From Candidatus Latescibacterota bacterium (GTDB taxonomy: Bacteria; Latescibacterota; UBA2968; GCA-2709665), in NCBI GenBank assembly GCA_965116875.1, contig OZ220733.1, forward strand, positions 4,448,001 to 4,512,000: a DNA stretch of 64,000 nt, in the 5' to 3' direction. Shown here piece by piece: positions 48,183 to 57,688 of the stretch (positions within the stretch are counted from its first letter, which is position 1; every line of letters begins with the position of its first letter). Under the pieces are notes generated by a model that worked only from the letters and a program-made list of their open reading frames with translations, did not search any database and was not told where the DNA came from. Both the position numbers and the translations under genes were made by a program.

Positions 48183-49504
48183 GGCGCGTTTCCTGCCTCC
48201 CGCGCCTGTTCGAATTTTTCCATGACAACTCGTTCCAGGTAGTTTCTGACGGATTCGGGCTTGATTCTGTTCAGGATGTCGACCGCGAACGCGTGTACCA
48301 GAATACGCTGGGCGGTCACGTGACGCAAACCTCTGGAGCGCAGGTAGAAGACCGCGGCCTCATCGAGCTGACCGATCGTGGCGCCATGGGAGCACTTGAC
48401 CTGATCGGCATAGATTTCGAGTTGCGGCTTGGTATTGATGTCGGCGCCTTCCGAGATGAGCAGGCTCTGGTTGCTCTGGTACGCGTCGGTCTCCTGAGCT
48501 TTCTGGTGTACGTGTATCTTGCCCCGAAACACGCCGCTGGATCGGCCACCGAGTATCCCCTTGTAAAGTTCGTGGCTATTGCAATTCGGCTCGGCATGTT
48601 CGATCAGGGTATGGTTGTCGATATGCTGCTCGCAGTCGGTCAGATAGAAGCCGTTGACCGTGGCTTCGCCGGCTTCACCGGCCAGCAGCGCGTTGACTTC
48701 GTTGCGCACCAGTTTGCCGCCGATAGAGATGGCGTGGGTGGACAGATCGCTGCGGGCGCCCTGGCGGCTCTGCATCGTGGCGATGTGAAACGCCTCCGGA
48801 CTCTCGAGCTCCAGCTTGTAGTGATCCACCATCGCGCTGTCGTCGGCGATCACTTCGGTCACCGCGTTTGTGAAATAGGCCCCGTCTCCTGTGTAGGACT
48901 CGACAAGGGTAACCTGGCTGTTTTCTTCGGCCAATACAAGGGTACGGGGGTGTGAAATGGAAGGGACGTCTGAAGCGGTTGAGACGAAGACCACGTGAAT
49001 GGGCGTTTCGACAGCGGTGCCCCGAGGAACGTAAATAAAGGCGCCATCCTGCAGAAACGCCGTGTTGAGCGCGACGAATGCGTGCTCATCGAAAGCGGCG
49101 TGCCGTGCGATACTGCCTTCCACCCGGTCGGCCTCGGAGGCCTTCACTTCGGCAAGACTGCACGCCCGCACACCGTCCGGGAGGCCCTCCGTGCGGGAAT
49201 CTTCAGCGCTGTAGAAGCCATTCACGAAAACCAGGCGCGTTCCCGTCAATTCCTGAAACGCGGGTTCCGACTTCCAGGCCCGACGCGCATCCTCCGGCGT
49301 TGTCGGGCGAAACGGCGCACTGGCAAGCTGCGCGACACTGGTGTGAAACCATGCTTCGTCCCTTGAGCCCGGAAACCCGAGTTCCTCGAATCGGCCGATC
49401 GCAGCCCTGCGAAGCGCGTGCAGGGACGTAGCGGACCTTCCGTTCAGGCCCTCCTCAAACCTCGCAAATGCCGACAGATAAGCGTGCGTGCCTTCGTTCC
49501 CCAT
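48179..49504 (-). CDS. sufD: Fe-S assembly protein SufD
   Basis: KPQLEIYADQVKCSHGAT, FYLRSRG. Confidence 0.95.
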   Translation of the reverse strand: MGNEGTHAYLSAFARFEEGLNGRSATSLHALRRAAIGRFEELGFPGSRDEAWFHTSVAQLASAPFRPTTPEDARRAWKSEPAFQELTGTRLVFVNGFYSAEDSRTEGLPDGVRACSLAEVKASEADRVEGSIARHAAFDEHAFVALNTAFLQDGAFIYVPRGTAVETPIHVVFVSTASDVPSISHPRTLVLAEENSQVTLVESYTGDGAYFTNAVTEVIADDSAMVDHYKLELESPEAFHIATMQSRQGARSDLSTHAISIGGKLVRNEVNALLAGEAGEATVNGFYLTDCEQHIDNHTLIEHAEPNCNSHELYKGILGGRSSGVFRGKIHVHQKAQETDAYQSNQSLLISEGADINTKPQLEIYADQVKCSHGATIGQLDEAAVFYLRSRGLRHVTAQRILVHAFAVDILNRIKPESVRNYLERVVMEKFEQAREAGNAP

Positions 49505-49534
49505 TTTGCGGCAACCTCCTTTATCTACGAACTG

Positions 49535-50308
49535 TCAGGCACGGGCGAATCGGGCCGTGGATGCCTCTCGAATCCAATCGTAGCCTTCAGCTTCCAGCTT
49601 TCGGGCGAGTTCCTTGCCGCCTGATTTGACAATCCGGCCCTCCAGAAGAACGTGTACGAAGTCCGGCACGATGTAGTTCAGCAGCCGCTGATAGTGAGTG
49701 ACCACGAGGACCGCGCTCCCGGGGTTCTTCCGGTGAAGCGCATTTACGCCGTCGGCCACGATTTTCAGGGCGTCGATATCCAACCCGGAGTCGGTTTCAT
49801 CCATGATGGCCAGCCTGGGTTCGAGCATGGCCATCTGGAAAATCTCGTTTCGCTTTTTCTCGCCGCCGGAGAAGCCCTCGTTGACCGCCCGGTTGAGAAA
49901 GGACTCGTCCATTTCCACGAGTTTGAGCTTTTCCCGGGAAACGGCGAGGAAATCCATTGCGTCGAGTTCATCCTGGCCGCGTGCCCGGCGTAACTCGTTG
50001 AGTGCCGTACGGAGAAAATAGGCGCTGTTGACCCCGGGAATCTCCACCGGATATTGAAAGGCCATGAATACGCCGGCCTGGGCGCGCTCTTCCGGATCCA
50101 GATCCAGAAGGTCTTCCCCTTCGTAGGCAACCTCGCCCCGGGTGACTTCATATTCTTCCCGCCCGGCCAACACCTGGGCAAGGGTACTCTTGCCTGACCC
50201 GTTGGGCCCCATAATGGCGTGGATTTCGCCGGCATTGATTTTCAGGTCGATTCCGGTAAGAATTCCTGTGCCGTCGACGCTTGCGTGGAGGTCTTTGATT
50301 TCAAGCAT
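49535..50308 (-). CDS. sufC: Fe-S assembly ATPase SufC
   Basis: GPNGSGKS, FSGGEKKRNE, DETDSGLDIDA, THYQRLL. Confidence 0.97.
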   Translation of the reverse strand: MLEIKDLHASVDGTGILTGIDLKINAGEIHAIMGPNGSGKSTLAQVLAGREEYEVTRGEVAYEGEDLLDLDPEERAQAGVFMAFQYPVEIPGVNSAYFLRTALNELRRARGQDELDAMDFLAVSREKLKLVEMDESFLNRAVNEGFSGGEKKRNEIFQMAMLEPRLAIMDETDSGLDIDALKIVADGVNALHRKNPGSAVLVVTHYQRLLNYIVPDFVHVLLEGRIVKSGGKELARKLEAEGYDWIREASTARFARA

Positions 50309-50434
50309 TCGCGTTCCTTTTGGAAAACTGTCCCAAGAAGCTGTGTTTGAATTCCAAGGTAACAGGGCACCTGTTCAGGCTGCCCGGAAAGCCCCGGATG
50401 TTTTGGAAGTTTCGCTGCCTGTCGCCTCTTGGCA

Positions 50435-51901
50435 TTACCCGACACTGCCCTCCAGACTGATGCCAAGCAGCTTCTGGGCTTCGACGGCAAATTCCATGGG
50501 GAGTTCGGCCAGCACCTCCTTGCAGAAACCGTTGACGATCATGGACACCGCGTCTTCGGTGGAGATGCCGCGCTGGTTGCAGTAGAAGATCTGGTCTTCA
50601 CCGATCTTTGAGGTGGATGCCTCGTGCTCGACCTGGGAGGTTGTGTTCCTGACATCGATGTATGGGAACGTGTGGGCGCCGCAGCGGTCGCCGATGAGCA
50701 TGGAGTCGCATTGGGTAAAGTTTCGGGCGTTCGACGCGCCCTTCATCACTTGCACCCGTCCTCGATAGGTGTTCTGACCGTTCCTGGCGGAGATGCCTTT
50801 CGACACGATGGTACTGCGCGTGTTTTTGCCGAGATGGATCATTTTTGTGCCCGTATCGGCCTGCTGACGCCCGCTGGTAACGGCCACCGAGTAGAATTCT
50901 CCGATGGAGTTGTCACCCTGGAGAATGCAGCTGGGGTATTTCCAGGTGATTGCCGATCCCGTCTCGACCTGGGTCCAGGAGATCTTGGCGTTGACGCCGC
51001 GGCAGGCGCCGCGTTTGGTGACGAAGTTGTAGATTCCGCCCACGCCGTTTTCATCGCCGGGATACCAGTTCTGAACGGTCGAGTATTTGATCTGCGCATC
51101 GTCGAGGGCGACGAGTTCCACAACCGCGGCGTGGAGCTGGTTTTCGTCTCTCTGGGGGGCCGTGCAGCCTTCGAGGTACGATACGTAGGCCCCTTCTTCG
51201 GCGATGATGAGCGTTCGTTCGAACTGGCCCGTGTTGGCCGCGTTGATGCGGAAGTACGTGGACAACTCCATTGGACACCGCACGCCTCGTGGAATGTAGC
51301 AGAATGAGCCGTCGGTAAAGACGGCGGAGTTGAGCGCGGCGAAGAAATTGTCGTTGTACGGCACGACCGAACCCAGGTATTTCCTCACCAGTTCAGGATG
51401 GTCCTGAACGGCTTCGGAAAACGAGCAGAAAATGATCCCCAGATCCGAAAGCTTGTCCTTGAAGGTGGTGGCCACGGAAACGCTGTCGAAAACGGCGTCG
51501 ACCGCCACGCCCGCCAGTATTTTCTGCTCCTCGAGAGGAATGCCGAGTTTTTCGTACGTCCGGAGGATTTCGGGGTCGACCTCGTCGAGGCTCTGGAGCG
51601 TCTCCGCCTCCTTTGGCGCGGAGTAATAGATAATCTTCTGATAGTCGATATCGGGATAGTCGACCATAGCCCACTGCCTGCTCCGTCCGCGACGGGTGGG
51701 ATCATCCATGCCGAGCCAGTTCCGATAGGCCTTGAGACGCCACTCCAACAGCCAGTCGGGCTCGCGTTTCTTCCGGGAGATGAAGGCGATTATGTCCTCA
51801 TTCAATCCCGGAGGCGCGGCATCCTGTTCAATATCCGTGACGAATCCGTACTTGTACTCTCTCGTTGCCAGTTCTTCGAGTTCCTGGACTTCCTCGCTCA
51901 T
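50435..51901 (-). CDS. sufB: Fe-S assembly protein SufB
   Basis: [38 protein letters not shown]. Confidence 0.97.
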   Translation of the reverse strand: MSEEVQELEELATREYKYGFVTDIEQDAAPPGLNEDIIAFISRKKREPDWLLEWRLKAYRNWLGMDDPTRRGRSRQWAMVDYPDIDYQKIIYYSAPKEAETLQSLDEVDPEILRTYEKLGIPLEEQKILAGVAVDAVFDSVSVATTFKDKLSDLGIIFCSFSEAVQDHPELVRKYLGSVVPYNDNFFAALNSAVFTDGSFCYIPRGVRCPMELSTYFRINAANTGQFERTLIIAEEGAYVSYLEGCTAPQRDENQLHAAVVELVALDDAQIKYSTVQNWYPGDENGVGGIYNFVTKRGACRGVNAKISWTQVETGSAITWKYPSCILQGDNSIGEFYSVAVTSGRQQADTGTKMIHLGKNTRSTIVSKGISARNGQNTYRGRVQVMKGASNARNFTQCDSMLIGDRCGAHTFPYIDVRNTTSQVEHEASTSKIGEDQIFYCNQRGISTEDAVSMIVNGFCKEVLAELPMEFAVEAQKLLGISLEGSVG

Positions 51902-51986
51902 CCCGCGCTCCTTCCACTATTTGAAAGGGCATTAGTTTTGTTGTAGTTTATGCGACGCCACGATAACGTTTCCTGAATTCAGGCTT

Positions 51987-52046
51987 AACATACCCAATCC
52001 GTATCCATGTGTCAAGATTAAAAATGTACGAAAAAGTCAAGTTTAA
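51987..52046 (-). promoter_or_regulatory. suf promoter with upstream candidate Rrf2 operator
   Basis: Minus strand TAAACTTGACTTTTTCGTACATTTTTA, then TTGACA-17 nt-TATGTT. Confidence 0.6.
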
Positions 52047-52111
52047 TCCGTTCCATGTCACGTCAGGGTGCCGCGCGGGCGGTGGATCGATGTTCGAGGG
52101 GTGCTTTTCTC

Positions 52112-52141
52112 TTGACAGAAGCGACCGGATTTAGCTAACTT
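52112..52141 (+). promoter_or_regulatory. Candidate nuo promoter
   Basis: TTGACA-18 nt-TAACTT. Confidence 0.5.
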
Positions 52142-52239
52142 ATCGCCATTGCTTTCGAATGCGCAAAACGTACGGATTCAGGCTGGCGCGCATTCCTGCA
52201 CGCGCCTGGCGGCGCCGTTCCCCCGGAGGTCCGGTACCA

Positions 52240-52659
52240 ATGCTGGATCAATATGCCAACGTACTCATATTTCTTGGAATCGGCGGCCTCTTCGTCGTTG
52301 TCAATCTGTTTATCGGCAGCCTCATCCGGCCCCGGAATCCCAGCGCGGAGAAACTGAGTACATACGAGTGTGGGGAAGAGCCCGTGGGGGGATCGTGGAT
52401 TCAGTTCAATATTCGTTTCTACGTGATCGCACTGGATTTCATCATCTTCGACGTGGAAGTTGTCCTGCTGTATCCCTGGGCTGTTGTGGCGAACGATTTC
52501 GGCTGGTACGGCTTCGGCGCGATGTCGATTTTCGTGGTCGTACTCTTGCTCGGCCTCGCGTACGCCTGGCGGAAAGGGGCACTCGAGTGGGTACGGCCCA
52601 AGGTGTCGCAGCGACAGGCGCCGGCGCCGGCGTCTGCGGCCGGAAGCCGCGTCGCCTGA
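52240..52659 (+). CDS. nuoA: NADH-quinone oxidoreductase subunit A
   Basis: YECGEEP, FIIFDVEV, KGALEW. Confidence 0.95.
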   Translation: MLDQYANVLIFLGIGGLFVVVNLFIGSLIRPRNPSAEKLSTYECGEEPVGGSWIQFNIRFYVIALDFIIFDVEVVLLYPWAVVANDFGWYGFGAMSIFVVVLLLGLAYAWRKGALEWVRPKVSQRQAPAPASAAGSRVA

Positions 52660-52799
52660 CCGGTTGATCCGGTTCCGGTTTGTTGCAGGCGCCTCGTTCG
52701 AGCCTTTCCGTCTGCAGCGCTTCACAGGATTTCTTAAAAGCAGTCCACGGTATTCCATCTGCGCAGTCTTGCTGACCGCTTCAGGAGGCAGGCCCGTTT

Positions 52800-53285
52800 A
52801 TGGGAAAACTCACCGGTCGTTTCCAGGATAACGTCATTGTGACGTCGGTCGACTACTTCGTCAATTGGGCGCGGTTGTCCTCGCTCTGGCCGATGACGTT
52901 CGGATTGGCGTGCTGTGCCATTGAAATGATGGCCACCGGGGCGTCGCGGTACGATTGGTCGCGTCTGGGAATGGTCCCGCGCGCCACCCCGCGGCAGTCC
53001 GATCTGATGATTGTGGCCGGCACGGTTACCTTGAAAATGGCCACTCGCGTGAAGAAACTGTACGACCAGATGGCCGAGCCCCGGTACGTGATGTCGATGG
53101 GCTGCTGCGCAACGTCCGGAGGCCCGTACTGGCAGCACGGATACCACGTCTTAAAAGGTGTCGACAGGGTCGTGCCGGTTGATATCTACGTCCCGGGTTG
53201 TCCTCCGAGGCCGGAGGCCCTGCTCGAGGGCGTACTGAAACTTCAGGACAAGATTCGCATCGATTCCATCGCGAAAGTGAGCTGA
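52800..53285 (+). CDS. nuoB: NADH-quinone oxidoreductase subunit B
   Basis: [23 protein letters not shown]. Confidence 0.96.
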   Translation: MGKLTGRFQDNVIVTSVDYFVNWARLSSLWPMTFGLACCAIEMMATGASRYDWSRLGMVPRATPRQSDLMIVAGTVTLKMATRVKKLYDQMAEPRYVMSMGCCATSGGPYWQHGYHVLKGVDRVVPVDIYVPGCPPRPEALLEGVLKLQDKIRIDSIAKVS

Positions 53286-53423
53286 ACCGGTTCGGTGAAC
53301 CGGTGTTCTGTCGCGGGAATGGATTGCCTGGATTCGGAAGCCGGGACGGGATGGATCGGCGGCCGAACGGTTAGATATTTTCAGGTCAGGACACCCGCAC
53401 CGGAACGCCTGTGGAGGCGAACA

Positions 53424-53894
53424 ATGACGCCGCAGGAGATCTTCGAACGGCTGAAAGAGAGATTCGGCGACCGGGTTCTGGACCTTACCGAAAATGTGGA
53501 TCCGTTTATTCGTGTGAACGCCGAGGCAATCGCGGAAATCGGTCGTTTTCTGCGAGACGATGAGTCGATGCGGTTCGAGTCGCTGATGTGTCTGAGCGGG
53601 GTGGATTATCCGGAACACCTCTCGCTGGTGTATCATCTGTTCTCCACAACGCACAGGCACAGGATTACCCTGAAAGCGGAGATGGGACGAGAGGAACCCC
53701 GATTGCCAACCGTGGAGGGTATCTGGCGGGTGGCGAACTGGCACGAACGCGAGACGTTCGACATGTTCGGGGTCGTCTTCGAAGGCCACAGCGACCTGCG
53801 GCGCATCCTGTGCCCCGACGACTGGGAAGGGTGGCCGTTGCGCAAGGATTACCAGGTTCAGGAATACTATCGCGGCATCCGGGTTGAGGTATAG
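53424..53894 (+). CDS. nuoC: NADH-quinone oxidoreductase subunit C
   Basis: ANWHERETFDMFG, GWPLRKD. Confidence 0.95.
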   Translation: MTPQEIFERLKERFGDRVLDLTENVDPFIRVNAEAIAEIGRFLRDDESMRFESLMCLSGVDYPEHLSLVYHLFSTTHRHRITLKAEMGREEPRLPTVEGIWRVANWHERETFDMFGVVFEGHSDLRRILCPDDWEGWPLRKDYQVQEYYRGIRVEV

Positions 53895-53897
53895 ACT

Positions 53898-55097
53898 ATG
53901 GCAGAGATTTCACGGGCGGCGACAGAGGTGGCGGTGGAGCGGCCGGGGTTGCCGCCGGTAGCGGGAATGGAGGACGACAACCTTAACAGCGAGTTGATGA
54001 CGATCAACATGGGGCCGCAGCATCCCAGCACGCACGGGGTACTGCGTCTGGAGATCAAGACAGACGGAGAGATTGTAGAGGAAGCAAAACCCCATATCGG
54101 CTATCTCCATCGTTGCTTCGAGAAACACGCCGAGAACCTGCCGTATCCACAGGTGATCCCGTTCACGGACCGGATGGATTATCTGGCGGCGATGAACAAC
54201 AATATGGGGTATGTTCTGGCGGTAGAGAAACTCCTGGGGATCGAGATTCCGGAACGAGTGGAATACATCCGGGTGATCATGTGTGAGTTGAACCGGATTG
54301 CCAGCCACCTGGTTTCTTTCGGGACCTATGGAATGGATATCGGGGCGTTTACGCCCTTTTTGTTTGCCTTCAGGGAACGTGAGGATATTTTCGACCTGTT
54401 CGAAATGACGTGCGGAGCCCGGATGTTGTACAATTATATCTGGGTGGGCGGGGTCTCTCACGATCTGCCGCCGGGTTTCGTGGAGCGCTGCCGGCATTTT
54501 CTTGCTGCATTCGATGGAAAACTGAAGGAGTACAACGACCTGCTGACGTACAACAAGATCTTCATAGAGCGCACGGCAAACGTCGGCGTTCTGTCGTTGG
54601 AGTCGGCGTACAGCCACAACATTACCGGCCCGAATCTTCGGGGATGCGGGGTGGAATGGGACCTCCGACGGGACGAACCGTATTCAATATACGATCGGTT
54701 CGAGTTCGACGTGCCCCGCGGCGCGGGAGAGATGGGGAGCCTGGGGGATTGCTGGGACCGGTATATGGTGCGCATTCGCGAGATGGAGCAAAGCGCGAGG
54801 ATCGTGTCTCAGGCGCTCGATCAAATCCCTGAGGGCGGTGACGTACAGGCGGCGGTCCCCAGAAACGTGCGGCCCCCCAAAGACGCGGAGTGTTACGTTC
54901 GCAGCGAAAACCCCAGGGGCGAACTGGGTGTATACGTGATCAGCGACGGTTCCAACGTACCGTACCGGGTGCGCGTGAAATCGCCCTGCTTTACGGTGAT
55001 GAGCGTATTCGACGAACTCGCCAGAGGCCACTATCTGGCCGACATTATCGCCATCATCGGAAGCATCGATATCGTGCTTGGCGAAATCGACCGCTAG
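53898..55097 (+). CDS. nuoD: NADH-quinone oxidoreductase subunit D
   Basis: NMGPQHPSTHGVLRL, GYLHR, GEIDR. Confidence 0.96.
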   Translation: MAEISRAATEVAVERPGLPPVAGMEDDNLNSELMTINMGPQHPSTHGVLRLEIKTDGEIVEEAKPHIGYLHRCFEKHAENLPYPQVIPFTDRMDYLAAMNNNMGYVLAVEKLLGIEIPERVEYIRVIMCELNRIASHLVSFGTYGMDIGAFTPFLFAFREREDIFDLFEMTCGARMLYNYIWVGGVSHDLPPGFVERCRHFLAAFDGKLKEYNDLLTYNKIFIERTANVGVLSLESAYSHNITGPNLRGCGVEWDLRRDEPYSIYDRFEFDVPRGAGEMGSLGDCWDRYMVRIREMEQSARIVSQALDQIPEGGDVQAAVPRNVRPPKDAECYVRSENPRGELGVYVISDGSNVPYRVRVKSPCFTVMSVFDELARGHYLADIIAIIGSIDIVLGEIDR

Positions 55098-55117
55098 AGG
55101 TTTGCGAGGAGTATGCA

Positions 55118-56293
55118 ATGCTCGAGTTGGCGGAGGTTCTTGTAAATCAGGTGGGCTTCCTGGGCGCCGTGCCGATCGGCCTGGTGTCCCTTGCGTTGGG
55201 CCTGCTCGCCGGGATCGTGGTGGTAACGCTTGTCGCGGTACTCGGGCTCATCATGGTATACATGGAAATGAAAATTTCCGCCCACATCCAGGACCGCCTG
55301 GGACCGATGCGAACGGGGGGCTGGCACGGCTGGGCCCAGCCCATCGCCGACGGCGTCAAGCTGCTCCTCAAGGAAGATATCATTCCCGCCGCGGCGGACA
55401 AGGGCCTGTTCATTCTGGCGCCGCTGCTGGTCTTTGCCGGAACCCTGGCCATATTCGTGTGCATCCCCTTCGGCGGCAACCTGATCGTAAGCGACCTGGA
55501 CATCGGGATATTCTATATTCTCGCCATTTCGTCGCTGGGCGTACTGGGCATTCTCATGGCCGGCTGGGCGTCCAACAACAAGTGGTCCCTGCTCGGCGCG
55601 ATGCGCTCGGCGGCGCAGGTCGTGAGCTACGAGATTCCGGTGGCCATGGCCTTCTTGAGCGTGATCCCTCTCGTGGGTACCCTCAGTACGCAGGAACTGG
55701 TCGCGGCGCAGTCCGGATCGTTGTATCACTGGTTCGTGTTTCGCAATCCGTTCACGTTTCTCGCATTCATCCTTTACTTTATCGCCTCGCTTGCGGAGGT
55801 CAATCGCACGCCGTTCGATATACCCGAGGCCGAGTCCGAACTGGTTGCGGGTTATCACACCGAATACAGCGGGATGAGGTTCTCCTTCTTTTTCGTGGCG
55901 GAATACGCGGCAATGGTTGCCGTGAGTATGGTTGGCGCAGTCGTATTTCTGGGTGGCTGGCAGGCCCCGTGGGGAGGTTCGTTCCCGGCCGGTCCTGTCT
56001 GGATGATCGGTAAGGGACTCCTGCTGGTGGCCGTGCAGATGTGGATCCGCTGGACGCTTCCCCGGCTGCGCGTGGATCAGCTGATGTTCGTGGGCTGGAA
56101 GGTACTCACGCCGGCCGCTTTTCTGTGCATGCTCGGATCGTATGTTTGGCACCTCGCTGTTCCGGCCTGGGCGCAGGAAATCTCCAAGGTCGGCTTGATG
56201 GGCGCGATGGCCGTCGTTCTCGCCTTCCTGCTGCGTTCGGCCGCCCAGGGATTGATGCAGGGACGGACTCAGCGTGCCCAGACCGCATCGTAG
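55118..56293 (+). CDS. nuoH: NADH-quinone oxidoreductase subunit H
   Basis: QDRLGP, ADGVKL, NRTPFDIPEAESEL, PRLRVDQL. Confidence 0.96.
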   Translation: MLELAEVLVNQVGFLGAVPIGLVSLALGLLAGIVVVTLVAVLGLIMVYMEMKISAHIQDRLGPMRTGGWHGWAQPIADGVKLLLKEDIIPAAADKGLFILAPLLVFAGTLAIFVCIPFGGNLIVSDLDIGIFYILAISSLGVLGILMAGWASNNKWSLLGAMRSAAQVVSYEIPVAMAFLSVIPLVGTLSTQELVAAQSGSLYHWFVFRNPFTFLAFILYFIASLAEVNRTPFDIPEAESELVAGYHTEYSGMRFSFFFVAEYAAMVAVSMVGAVVFLGGWQAPWGGSFPAGPVWMIGKGLLLVAVQMWIRWTLPRLRVDQLMFVGWKVLTPAAFLCMLGSYVWHLAVPAWAQEISKVGLMGAMAVVLAFLLRSAAQGLMQGRTQRAQTAS

Positions 56294-56338
56294 CATGCGG
56301 GTGATTCTCCAGGGACCTTTTCCTTCACAGGTGATGCA

Positions 56339-56827
56339 ATGGGATCGTATTTCAGGAATCTCTATCAGTCCGCTGCTTCCATCTGGGTGGGCCTGAATAT
56401 TACGTTGAAGCACTTGTTCACGCCATCGATTACCCTGGAATATCCGGACGAACGGTGGCAGATGCCGGAACGGGCGCGCAACCAGTTGTTCAACGATATA
56501 GATGACTGTATCGGCTGCGATCAGTGCGCAAGAGCCTGTCCCGTGGACTGTATATATATAGAATGTGAAAAAGCCGGTCCAGACGAGGATCTGGGCCTGA
56601 CTTCCAAGGGGACGAAAAAGCGGCTCAAGGTCCTGCGTTTCGATATCGACATGGGGCTTTGCTGTTATTGTGGTCTTTGTGTGTATCCCTGCCCCACCGA
56701 GTGTCTGGTGATGACCCCGAATTACGAGTCGTCGGTCTACGATCGGACCGATCTGGTCTACCGTTACGCCCGTCCGTGGGACTACGAAAAGAAACCCGCC
56801 GACGCGGAGTCCGCCGAGCGTCAGTAG
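56339..56827 (+). CDS. nuoI: NADH-quinone oxidoreductase subunit I
   Basis: Two CxxCxxCxxxCP motifs; TLEYP. Confidence 0.95.
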   Translation: MGSYFRNLYQSAASIWVGLNITLKHLFTPSITLEYPDERWQMPERARNQLFNDIDDCIGCDQCARACPVDCIYIECEKAGPDEDLGLTSKGTKKRLKVLRFDIDMGLCCYCGLCVYPCPTECLVMTPNYESSVYDRTDLVYRYARPWDYEKKPADAESAERQ

Positions 56828-56847
56828 ACTCCGGGATTGGTTGTCAT

Positions 56848-57369
56848 ATGGAACTCTCGACGATTGTGTTTTACCTTTTTGCCACCGTCACCGTGGGGTC
56901 GGCGGCCGCGGTCGTGTTCGCAAGCCGGCTGATATACGCTGTATTTGCCCTGCTATTTACGTTTTTCGGCGTCGCGGGTCTGTACGTATTTCTCGATGCC
57001 GATTTCCTGGCCGGGGCGCAGGTATTGATCTACGTTGGCGGAATCCTGATTCTGTTGCTCTTCGGCGTAATGTTGACGAACCGTATATACGACTTGAATC
57101 TGCTGGCTGAACGGGTGCAGTTCCTGCCCAGCGTGGTTGTCGTCGGCGCCGGGTTCGCGCTGCTGGTGATGGTGATCCTGAAGACGTCGTGGCCGCTGTC
57201 CGGGGGACAGGCGCCTGCTTCCAGTACATCGGAGATCGGCAAGTCGCTCATGACAACCTACGTCCTGCCGTTCGAGGTGGCCGGGATGCTCTTGCTGGCC
57301 GCCCTGCTCGGCGCTTCCATGCTGGCGGGAAAAGGGCAGGGGGAGGAGGACGACGAGGGAGAGTTATGA
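56848..57369 (+). CDS. nuoJ: NADH-quinone oxidoreductase subunit J
   Basis: QVLIYVGGILILLLFGVML, YVLPFE. Confidence 0.94.
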   Translation: MELSTIVFYLFATVTVGSAAAVVFASRLIYAVFALLFTFFGVAGLYVFLDADFLAGAQVLIYVGGILILLLFGVMLTNRIYDLNLLAERVQFLPSVVVVGAGFALLVMVILKTSWPLSGGQAPASSTSEIGKSLMTTYVLPFEVAGMLLLAALLGASMLAGKGQGEEDDEGEL

Positions 57370-57671
57370 TTGCCCTGGAGCACTATCTGGTCGTGGGGGC
57401 CATTCTCTTCTGTCTGGGAATCCTGGCCGTCGCCACCCGCCGCAACGCAATCAGCATTCTGATGGGGGTGGAGCTCATATTGAATGCCGCCAACCTGAAC
57501 CTTGTCGCGTTCGCGCGGTTTTCCGATACCGGGCTGGAGGGACAGGTGTTCGCCGTTTTCGTGATTGTGCTCGCCGCCGCAGAGGCAGCGGTCGCACTGG
57601 CGATCGTTCTGAATATCTACCGCAATTACCAGATGGTCAACATCGACAGACTGGATTCATTGAGCGGTTGA
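57366..57671 (+). CDS. nuoK: NADH-quinone oxidoreductase subunit K
   Basis: RRNAI, VELILNA, AAAEAAVALAI. Confidence 0.95.
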   Translation: MIALEHYLVVGAILFCLGILAVATRRNAISILMGVELILNAANLNLVAFARFSDTGLEGQVFAVFVIVLAAAEAAVALAIVLNIYRNYQMVNIDRLDSLSG

Positions 57672-57688
57672 CGGTTTCGGGGGAGTGA